From contig NC_057738.1 of the NCBI RefSeq assembly GCF_004010195.1, forward strand, positions 14,268,076-14,332,075: a DNA stretch of 64,000 nucleotides. Direction: 5' to 3'. The position numbers and the translations under genes were made by a program. Positions 38,126 through 48,567 of the stretch are shown here, piece after piece. The first letter of the stretch is position 1. The number at the start of each line of letters is the position of its first letter. Below the pieces are notes generated by a model, which was not told the origin of the DNA, did not search any database, and was given only the letters and a program-made list of their open reading frames with translations. The stretch comes from Chiloscyllium plagiosum (taxonomy: Eukaryota).

Positions 38126-41100
38126 TCCATGAAAAGTGGGACTAGTGTAGATAAGCAGTTGATGATCAGCATGAACCTAATCGGCCAAGGATCTCTTGCA
38201 ATAAAACAGCAATGACTTTAAAAGTAAACTACTAGAATTACATAGACTAGGTACAGAGAAACTTGGGGGCGCATGTGGTATGATGAGATACAGGTCAATC
38301 ATGTATCTGACTACATCATTCTGATGTTAGTAAGAGAAAAGACACCAGTCGAGAATGAGCAAATGAATAGAGGGTCTTAGAGACTGCACTAGAGCTGGAT
38401 TTGATAAACTATTAGTTACAGATAAAAGTAGAGGAGTTTAACAGTACACAAGGAGTTAACAAGCCTTACTTAGTGATAAGATATAGACCATGTCTGGGAT
38501 AGTAGATGTGCAGGTCCCTATACTCTGATATCCACAGATTGCTTTCTCAATATATAGGTAGATGAATTGGCTTATAACACAAGATCAAGAAAAAGTATTA
38601 AAATGAAGCATGTGAATAAACTGAGTAGTTAATCCTCACAGACAGAGGCATTGCATTAAGATTGGATTACAACATGTTGCACAAACTGGCATGATTCCAA
38701 GCTGCCTTACTTAATTTGCACCACTGTTTCTAACCTATATCTCATTGTTTACTGTGACAAAAGTTGATGCTCATATTCTTTTTGTTTAAAACAATCACCA
38801 AGGGGTCTCTTTATGAATCAACTTAACCATGGAGCTTATAGCTATTTATCAGTTTTCTATTTATCATGTCTCTGTCCAGTGTAGGGTTAGATGGATCCAA
38901 CAGGCAGAGTATTTACCAACTCCCAAAGGAGGTGTTGTAAACAGGTCATTTTGATTCATCCAAATGCAAATTGGGTGGACATGTTTCAGAAAATATCACT
39001 TTAGTACAGCATAAAAGTAAGTTGAGACATGACATATGGTCAGTGCAGCATGGTTAGGAAGAAAAAGCTGGCTTTCAATCTATGGTTGCCAAAACTCACC
39101 AGTGAGGTTTTCCTTCTTCATGTCTGAGCTTGTTGTGAACTAGTTGGTAGAGTGAAACTGCTATCATTAACCAACAGTCCCATTGATGTGTACATCATGA
39201 CTGAAAGGACAGTAGAAGGCCAACTACATGGACCTTTTCTTGTCTCGCAATTTAGCTCCAAGATGGTGTGACCATTAACAAAGATAATGATGAGTGTTAA
39301 TGTTGACTATTCAGACGGGGATGTGCACAGGTGCTTAGGGATAGAGGAATTATGGCACTTGAAGGCATGTGTTTTTCTGGGAACTTAAGTAAAAGGCATG
39401 TTGGGAAAATCAAAGTGTGATTCTTGGCACCAGAAACTGTCATACCACCCACTTTCCTATACGCTTGAGAAACTGTGCCTCTCAGAGCACCATATTCTAG
39501 TTTGAGGCATCAGGCTACCACTGCTCACTTCCCCAGCCACTTCATTCAAACCTGTTTGCTCTAAAAGCCTGACCTCTGCCTCCTGTTCTTGGGAAACATC
39601 ACCTCACTTCAGTCCCTCAGAGCTCAATCTCCATGTAAAGGGCAGAGACTCGGGAACTAGCTTTCCCAGGATCCTTCCCATTCCTGTTGCTGAAGCTTCA
39701 AGGATCTGAATTCACACGGACAATGGTAACGCATGCTGATATCCTTTTGACTAGAAATCTATCTTTTGGCAGATCCAGCATCTCATCTTGCCTGCACTGT
39801 CTGATTGTTAGGCAAACCCAGCTTCAGAAATGTTAGTGTAAATAGCCATAGCAAAGCCCTCTGCAGATTCCAACTGTATCCTGATCCATTAATCTAGTAG
39901 GAGAGGCAATGAACTTCCTACATATTCTGTGAACTGAAAAGTTTGCTTTGATTCAGATGAATTACTAGAACTGTGTGATGGTATTCCAAATACCACAAAG
40001 TGAAAAGACACATAAATTTGAAAATTGCTAACTACTAATGCTTTGCTTATGAAAATCTTTGTTGTTTATGTGAGAGAAAGGTATTGAAAAAAACCCCAAA
40101 TTGTAGCTGCAGCAACATCTGTTACAAAGACTACCACAAATATCCAAGTTAAAGTACCTTTAAAATGCTGCAAGGCATGAGTGGCACAACTAAGTGTGCT
40201 ACTTTAGTTACATAGAGTCTATGGCACTGGAGTTGGGCCCTGGGCCAAACTGACCTTTGGTTGGTCTTATACACACTCTCAAAAGTCTCTTCAAATTCTG
40301 ATCGCACTCTGTCCCATATTCACCTCCCTCCTATTCCATCAAAAATCCCTTTAAATAAAGTTATCTGTGCCTGCCACTCCGTGTGAAAATGAGTTGCACA
40401 TTTTCACTTACACCGAGCACAGAGCAAGGAAGCAAAATTCAACAGCATTAATCTTTGGTTTATGTGTTTACAAACATACGTTTCAATGCTTGATTGCACC
40501 AGTTATCCATAGTTCTGCCTTGACATCAATGGCACATTGTACAATTGGTCCTACATTTACTCCCTGAGCTAAAAGAACTATGTCAAGTGCTTGTTTTCAT
40601 GGTGAGATTAAACTCTAGACTTTAATTAATTTCTGGTCTGTATGCAACTAACTCTCAGTCCTTCTACTCGTTTGCCTTTCTTTTAATTGTACTTTATCGT
40701 TCAATAATCTTATAGTCGCAGGATTAATCCAGATGGGAGGATTTCAAGGGTGCTTTCACTGTTAATGAGAAAGTAAGTCGCCAATTATGTGTACTCTGCA
40801 GCTTTTGTAAGACCTTAATCAAATAAAATAAAAACCGCACGCAGCATTTTGAGGGATATTTAGGAAGGCTGTGTGCAGTTTACTAATTCAGCTATTCACA
40901 CTTTGATTACACAGCTTCTGGTCATCTGTTCAAGTGCAGCTGCTCCATAGAAACGCAAATACGAACTTTATAATTCACCAGCTGTCCCGTCTCACACTTG
41001 TTTTGTGCTGGGCAGAATTCAGGTCAGGCACAGCTTTATAGACAGAGAAACAAAAAGAGATGGGGAGGTTTTGTTTTGTTGCCGAGTTGTGGCATAATTG

Positions 41101-41624
41101 AAGCTTTCTATCATTTAATTTATAACACAGGTTCCCAAAAAAAAAAGCAAAATCTCATGAGCTCTTCTGTTCATAGAAATGTTGCATAACCAAAGCCCAT
41201 TGAAATCACAGTTGGGAAAAAATGACAGAAGATGTTTTTTGAGCACATGTTTGACAGAAACTTGTAGAACTGAAGTGAAGAGGAAGTGAAGCCTGAGTAG
41301 GAGTAAGTACAGCTGAAATGATAAACAAGCACCTCTTGAACGATATTGGATAATGAAGTTGGACAGAGCTGTCAATGTTTGGGAGAGCTGAACAGGTCAA
41401 TTTTCTGCTCACATGTTCCTCATGTCAGGCTTCACCTGCTGGGTGAGTGCATTAATAAGACTCCACACAAGGTCTTCATTCATGATTAATTCTTTAGCTG
41501 TAGCCAGTGGTCACCTGAACTGACTTGAATCATCTGAGGAGTCTGGAGAGGAATTCTCCAAAGAGTTTGACTCTGTTCAGCTTTCCCTTTTCTCCCAGGA
41601 GATTAGGTAGTTATAGTAGAGGGC

Positions 41625-42168
41625 CGAATGGTGGGTGGGTGATTGAAGCGGCACAAGTGAAGCACAGTAGGTCAGTGGGATCGATTCCACCCACAGGTGA
41701 CTGTCTGAGTGGACGTTTTCCCCTTGTCTGGGTGGGTTTCCATTGGGTGCTTATTTTTCTCTCACAATCCAAAGATGAGCAGGTAAAGTGGATTGGCCAT
41801 GCTAAATTACCTAGGAGGAAGTGAGGACTGCAGATGCTGGAGATCAGAGTCGAGAGTGTGGCGCTGGAAAAGCACAGCAGGTCAGGCAGCATCCGAGCAG
41901 CAAGAGAATCAATGTTTTGGGTATAAGCCCTTCATAAGGAATGAGGATTCTTTTGCTCCTCAGATGTCGCCTGACCTGCTGTGCTTTTCCAGCACCACAC
42001 TCTCGACCATGCTAAATTACCCTGTGGTGTCTAGGAATATGTAGGCTAGGTGGATTAGCCACAGAAAATGTGGGATTATGGGTACAGGGTAGGACCTGGG
42101 CAAGATGCTCTTCAGAGGTTTGGTCAGGACTCAGTCACCTGCATACACACTGTAAGGGTTCTATGATT
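41625..42168 (+). mobile_element. HE1-type SINE interrupted by a PLE fold-back
   Basis: Body ctcacaatccaaagatgagcagg...gattggccatgctaaattac resumes after the insert; tail cacactgtaagggttctatg. Confidence 0.8.
41812..42006. mobile_element. 195-bp fold-back PLE family A mini-element with 15-bp TSD
   Basis: TSD ccatgctaaattacc at 41797-41811 and 42007-42021. Arm tcgagagtgtggcgctggaaaagcacagcaggtcagg is inverted relative to cctgacctgctgtgcttttccagcaccacactctcga. Confidence 0.9.
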
Positions 42169-42297
42169 CCAAGTGGGTGTCTAATCATGTTGCTGTAACC
42201 ATCATGGCTCCAGGCAATATTTTCTTAAATGACTAAGTCCATGTGTTGATGGTGATGTTGATAACGCCACAATATTGTTAAATAGGGAATTCCAACA

Positions 42298-42780
42298 ACA
42301 TAGAGATGTACAGCACGGAAACAGACTCTTCAGTCAAACTCGTCCATGCCGACCAGATATCCTAAATTAATCTAGTTTCATTTGCCAGCATTTGGCCCAT
42401 ATCCCTCTAAACTATTTCTAATCATATACCCATCTAAATGTTATAATTGTACCAGACTTCACCACCTTCTCTGGCAGCTCACTCCATACACGCACCACCC
42501 TCTGTGTGAAAAAGTTGCCCCTTAGGTCCCTTTTTAGATCTTTCCCTTTCACCTTAAACCTATGCCCTCCAGTTTTGGACTCCCCTACCTTGGGAAAAAA
42601 ATACCTTATCTATTAACCCTATCCATGCTCCTCGTGATTTTATAAACCTCCGTTATATCACCCTTCAGCTTTGACACTCCAGGTAAAATAAGCCCAGTCT
42701 ATTCAATCTCTCCCTATAGCTCAAACTCTCCAACCCTGGCAACATGCTTAGAAATCTTTTCTGAACCCTTTCAAGTTTGT
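42298..42780 (-). mobile_element. HER1/CR1 LINE 3' end
   Basis: Reverse complement of the 5115-5653 family (catagagatgtacagcacggaaacagac...). Confidence 0.85.
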
Positions 42781-44444
42781 TAACCAAGCGAAGTTGAAGG
42801 AATGCTGATATACGTCCAAATCAGAGGGAAAGCTGTTCTGAACACATTATGAGTCTGTTTCCCTCTTTCCAGAGAACTAGACAGGACTAACAATTTAGAT
42901 TGGTTACTGTCCCCCTCTGAGCATGCATTTATCCTCAGAAATGACAAGTGAGAAATGAACTGGAATGCTTAATGCCAGATGGGTACTTCACTTTGCCATC
43001 ATTTCTCTTCTCAAGCTTTCCCTTAATGTTTACGTGGCATTGGAGAAGACAAAAACTGCAGCATGTTCAGATCTCATGGGTTTCGAATTCATTTTGGGTC
43101 CATCAATTCAGGAGCCAGTATGGCAATGATTGTATCACAGTACGAGAACACTGCTGAAGCTTTAATGATTCTCAGCATCTTTTAAATCCAATGACTAGCT
43201 GCTTTGTTGGAATTGAGTACATTAAATTATTAATAGCCCTTTAAATACAGCCATAATGCAACAACTAGCCATTATTAGGTTAAAAGTAAAAAGATACAAT
43301 TTCTGTGTAAACAGCCCTACTCTTTAACTGTGCAAAAAAATCACAGACATTAGCAGACAACAGATTGCGAGAACATTAATTAGTTCATCTCTTGTATTTA
43401 TTTACAGTTTTATGAGATCCAATGGAAATCTGGAGCTGCTGATTTTCTTATCATGAAAGCATTAATCTTGCAAGCACAGGAGGATGCCATTTGGCCCATT
43501 TTGGCTGTACCTGCTCTTTGAAAAATTTGTTCCAGTCTCCTTCTCCTTCCCCACATTGTGAGTTTAAAAGCAAAAGAGGAAAAGACTATCCATCCCCAGC
43601 AGGGCTAGAATTCAAGTGTCCACAGCAGGTGCTGTCAAATACTTCCTGCACAAAGCCCCGTTTACTCCATGATGGTCTCTAAAAGACAAATTATTGATCC
43701 TTTCACCAGCCTCAACACCTTGTCAGCCTGTGGTGCCGGAAGAGGGTTTCTGAGTTGGTGCCGGTGGGGTGGCTTGGTGGTGTTTCGATATGAAAAGATG
43801 GACCCATTCTGTTCAATGCTGCCAAGGCCGCTACATCACCATAGCTACCATCCTCACCCACTGGCCTCTTTTGTTAACTGTCAACAACACAGAATTGGCA
43901 TGGCCTTATCAATACGTCACCTCGTATATAATCTTCTCAAAGCTGATTGCTGTGAATTAGCAACTTAAAAAAAAAATTACGGAGGGGGGCACCTGCTTGC
44001 ACTTAACTGGTACAGCAGCGACAAAGGAGATCCCTGCAGAAAATAGCCACGCTCTCATCCAACTCAAACATAACATATCCGGTGGTTTATCCACACTGTG
44101 CACGAGCATCTGTTTTCGCTGCTTCCCAAATATTTGACTGTGTGAGATGAGTGTCATTGATTAATTCTGCATTTAACTGCCGCAAAGATTTATTTATTTC
44201 CCTTGCACAATGATAAGGCTTTATTAGCCTATCAAACATTTCGACAGTTAAACATGTGGTAATTGTTTTTAATTCACCCAACCACTCTGTTTATGTTGGG
44301 CATGTTGAGTAGCCATTAAAAATGCACCTGCCTTCAAAGCTGTGACAATAACGTACAGGTTTGTATCTGTGCTTCCAAGTCTGTAAACATGGAATAAGAA
44401 ACCAAGCATCTTGCAAATCAAGTCAAGAAATATTGAGCTCGCAA

Positions 44445-44975
44445 TTATACTGTGCCTTGTATGACCTCAAAACGTGGCAAAATATTTATAGCCAATGAAG
44501 AACTTTTGAAGTCACTGGTGCAACAAAAAAAATACAGCAGCCAAATTGCCCATAGCAAGGTTTCATAAACATTGATGTGATGTGATAATGACCACCTAGT
44601 CAGGTTTAGCTGTGCTGACAGAGGAATTATATTGGTTAGGATACTGGGACACTCCATTGCTCCCCCTACACCCACCTCCTGTCCTGAAGAAGGGTTACAC
44701 CTGAAACATCGACTTCTCCACCTCCTGATGCTACCTGACTTCTTACATTCTTCCAGCCTCCTGCCTGTCTTTTCTTCAAAATAGTACCTGGGATCATTTA
44801 TATCCACCCTTGAGGCAAATTGAGACCTTTAACATCTCATCCAAAAGAAAACCAACTCCAACCTCAGGGACTGACTGTGTCTTTCAGTACTGCACTGACG
44901 TGGCAGTATAAACCTTGAGGTCAAATCATTGGAGTAGGGCTTGAATTAATATAATCTCCAGACCCAGAGACAAGA
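44445..44975 (-). mobile_element. Deu-domain SINE (SacSINE1/AmnSINE1-like)
   Basis: Reverse strand cagtgcagtactga...ttttggatgagatgttaaa...ggtggatataaatgatcccaggtactattttgaagaa resembles the Deu core as I recall it. 3' part gacttcaaaagttcttcattggctat. Confidence 0.65.
44660..44770 (+). mobile_element. PLE-end mini-insertion (family E) with hammerhead at 44681-44713
   Basis: gtc CTGAAGA A GGGT tac ACCT GAA ACAT C gac, then ...gatgctacctgacttcttacattcttccagc resembling the A/D termini. Confidence 0.65.
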
Positions 44976-45069
44976 GCCATATCCATTGGTGTGAATTATG
45001 GGTACCAGCTATAAAAATAACTACCAGATGAAATGTGTCAGAGAAATACTGTCACAGATGTACAAATAT

Positions 45070-45320
45070 TTAACAATGAACGCCATCACCTAAAAGAACA
45101 AGGACAATGGGTATCATCAGCACTTCCATTTTCATTTGAATCACTGCCTGTTTATTGATGCTACATCAGAATCCTGGAAGTCTTGAGCTAACAACACTGT
45201 AGGAGCATCTCACCACACGAACTGCAGCTGTTCAAGAAAGAAGCTCAGCACCACCTTCTTGAGGGCCATTAAGGATGGGAAATACATGCCAGCCTTGCCG
45301 ATGATACCTGTGTTCAAAAG
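45070..45320 (+). mobile_element. Old LINE 3' end
   Basis: gttcaagaaagaagctcagcaccaccttcttgagggccattaaggatggg. Same family as 28480-28920. Confidence 0.6.
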
Positions 45321-45864
45321 AACACAGGAGCAAAAGGTGTACAGAGGAATTTGATACCTATCTAACACATCAAGGGTGTAAGTGTAGGCTCAGAGTGAAA
45401 TAGTTTTGTTGCTGGTGTAGCGTAAACAAAACCTGAATGTAATTGTCATTTCCATGCTTCACACCTGGTTTAACCTCCAAACATTGGATCATTGTGATGG
45501 TTGAATGCAGTTAATGTGTTAATGTGAAGACAATGTCAACAGTAATTTGTATATCTTTTGTTTTCAGTTTAGACAGAAGTTACTTTTGGATGAAACAAGC
45601 AATACTCATATATCTAATTTCTTCAGGTAAGCAATTGTGCAACTTCTGCGGTGTAGCAACAGTGCAATATGTTAATAATAATGGTCAAATAATCAATTGC
45701 TTATCAGAGATTGATTAACTCAGCTGGCGAGTTCATTTAGAACAGTAAAACACATTACAAGTTTTGAAGCAGACACATGCACCTCTCTGAAAGGCAAGCA
45801 ACGCAGACACCATCTCTCTCCTTTCTAAAAGAAAATTTAACTATATACAATAACAAATAAACCA

Positions 45865-46790
45865 ATATGGTATAGTTAGTAAGTTTACAGATGACACCAA
45901 AATTGGAGGTGAAATGAACAGTGGAGAAAGTTACCTCAGAGTACAACAGGATCTTGATCAGATGGGCCAATAGGCTGAGGAGTGGCAGATGGAGTTTAAT
46001 TTAGATAAATGTGAGGTGCTGCATTTTAGAAAGACACATCAGGACAGCACTTAGACACTTAATGGTAAGGTCCTGGGGAGTGTTGCTGAACAAAGAGACC
46101 TTGGAGTGCAGTTCATAGTTCCTTGAAAGTGGAGTTACAGGTAGATAGGATAGTGAACAAGGCATTTGGTAAGCTTTCCTTTTTGGTCAGTACATTGAGT
46201 ATAGCAGTTGGAAAGTCACCTTGCAGCCGTCTAGGACATTGGGCACTTTTGGAATACTGCGTGCAATTCTAGTCTCCCTTCTATATAAAGGATGCTGTGA
46301 AACTTGAAAGGGTTCCAAAAAGATTTAAAAGGATGTTGCCTGGGTTGGAGGGTTTGAGCTTGAGGGAGAGGCTGAACAGGCTGGGGCTGTTTACGCTGGA
46401 GGGTCGGAGGGCTTACTTTATTGAGGTTTATAAAATCATGAGGGGCATAGATAGGGTAAACAGACAAGATGTCTTCCCTAGGGTGGGGGAGTCCAGAATT
46501 AGTGGGCATAAGTTTAAGGGGAGAGGGGAAAGATTTAAAAGAGATCTAAGGGGCAACATGTTCATGCAGAGAGTAGTGCAATGCATGGAATAAGTAGCCA
46601 GAGGAAGTGGTAGAGGTTGGTACAATTATAACATTTGAAAGGCATCTGGATGAGTATACGAATAAGAAGGGTTTAGATGGCTATGGGCCAAATGCTGGCA
46701 AATGGGACTAGATTAATTTGGGATATCTGGTCGGCATGGACGAGTTAGACCCAAGGGTCTGTTTCCGTTCTGCATATCTCTATGACTCTA
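45865..46790 (+). mobile_element. HER1/CR1 LINE 3' ~920 bp
   Basis: SKFTDDTKIGG (RT xADD-type motif), WQMEFNLDKCEVLHF, KLERVPKRFKRMLPGLEGL; (ctctatga)n tail. Confidence 0.92.
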
Positions 46791-46823
46791 AGTCTCCTCC
46801 AGATAGACAAGTTAGATAGTTTT

Positions 46824-47000
46824 AGAAATTGCTGGGAAAGCTCAGCAGGTCTGGCAGCATCTGCGGAGAGAAATCAGTGTTAGCATTTCAGATCCAGTGA
46901 CTCTTCCCACTTCTGAGGAAAGGTCACTGGACTCGAAACATTAACTTTCATTTCTCTCCACAGATGCTGCCAGACCTGCTGACCTTTCCCAGTAATTTCT
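46824..47000. mobile_element. Fold-back PLE family D mini-element
   Basis: Arm agaaattgctgggaaagctcagcaggtctggcagcatctg is inverted relative to cagatgctgccagacctgctgacctttcccagtaatttct. Pivot ~46908, just before ctgaggaaaggtcactggactcgaaacattaac. Confidence 0.85.
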
Positions 47001-47009
47001 GTTTTTCTT

Positions 47010-47201
47010 ACAGTCTTTATGTGATTGGTCAATAGATAGGCTTGTATCCCCCTTCAAGAATAAAGTTGTCACCCCCTTGAAATAGCTAATTTTATCAAAA
47101 CATTCTGGATATTTCACTGTTCAATTACGAATTGAAGTTAAGCAAAGTTTCAGAGTTTGATTTGTTTGTCTGATGTCTGGCTGATTCAATGCATTTTAAC
47201 T
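47010..47201 (-). mobile_element. Gypsy pol fragment; diverged second copy of 48891-49082
   Basis: Minus strand VKYPECFDKISYFKG...LKGDT (pre-RT linker). Confidence 0.6.
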
Positions 47202-48029
47202 AGTGGTAGTTATGTTCAGATCTTGTAATGGTGACTTTGTCTGGAGATGCTGTTGATTTCTGAAGTCTTCAGTCGTATGTCTGTCATTCTTGTTTGTGTT
47301 GTGAAGTTTTATTTTGACAGACTGCAGTTATCATTCAAGAATTTGTTTATCCTGACACCCTACAGTTAGGTTTTGTTCCAGACTAGTCACTGACTGATTT
47401 CATTCCTCAAGCTATTTTGAGTGGTTCAGATTGTCGTGGCATTTACTGTTCCAACTGATTTTGAAACTTCTGGGTTTACACCTTGGATTCTCCTGATTGT
47501 ATCAAAGGTTTAGCCTCTTATTGATCGAGTATTTCTTTTTCTTTCATAACCTGCTCTAATAACTGTCCAGCCTCTCCAAAGTATATATTCCCATTTGTTT
47601 ATTTTTGTTCTTTTTTTTGTCAGGAGCTGAGTGGCCCTGGCGGAACCCAAACCTGGCATCGCTGAGCAGGTTATTGCTGATCAGTTCCCTTTTGTTTTAT
47701 GTGAAGCTTGGACGCGTTCCATTTGCTGCTTCAGTTATTGCTTGGTTTCTTCAATTTTATTGGAAGGAAGACATATACGCACACTGGAATGAATAGAAAT
47801 GAAAGAATTGCTCTTTGACGCATTGATGTGACATTTCTGACAACTGAGCACCAATTCTTCATTATGTACAGCACGCACAAAGAAGTGCAGATTGTAATCA
47901 TGTTCTTGTTTCGCTTTTCCCACCCCAACAATGTCAGTGGTGGTACAGTTACATCTTCTCAAAGAGGACAGAATGCATTCCATGGGAGTGAGAAAGAAAT
48001 TGTGAGCAGCAATAAACCCAAAGGGGAAA

Positions 48030-48565
48030 TTTGAGTCATTGAGTCAAAGAGTCATACAGCACGGAACCAGGCCCTTCGGTCCCACCGGTCCCAGCCCGAA
48101 CGTAATCCCAAACTAAACTAGTCCCACCTGCTTGCTCCTGGCCCATATCCCTTCAAACCCCTTTCCAATTCATGTACTTACCCAAATGTCTTTTAAATGT
48201 TGCAATTGTGCCCACATCCACCATTTTCTCAGGAAGTTCATTCAGCACATCTACCCTCTATGTAAAAAAAAACAACCCTCATCTTTTTTAAAACTCTCTC
48301 CTTTCATCTTAAAAACGTGCCTCCTGGTCTAGGGAAAAGACCAACTACCATTAACCCTCTCTATACCCTTTATGATTTTTTAAACTTCTATAAGTTCACC
48401 TCTCGACCTCCTATGCTTCAGTGAAAAAAGTCCGAGCCTAGAGTCATTGAGTTATACACCATGGAAGCAGACCCTTGAGACCAACTCATCCACACCGACT
48501 CGATATCCTAAACTGATCTGGTCCCGTTTGCCAACATCTGACCCATATCCTGCTAAACCTATTCA
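48030..48565 (-). mobile_element. Two HER1/CR1 3' fragments
   Basis: gagtcatacagcacggaacc... and gagttatacaccatggaagcagaccc... tails on the reverse strand. Confidence 0.8.
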
Positions 48566-48567
48566 TT

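Larger units (their letters stand above)
34770..38215 (+). mobile_element. Decayed CR1 ORF2 (endonuclease to RT to 3' end) hosting four nested insertions
   Basis: AITETWLK, GVYYRLPN, DFNFPNINW, QHGFV..RSCLT.L, DVVCMDFNKVFD, MRDIDR...RRVAGIQN. Confidence 0.85.
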
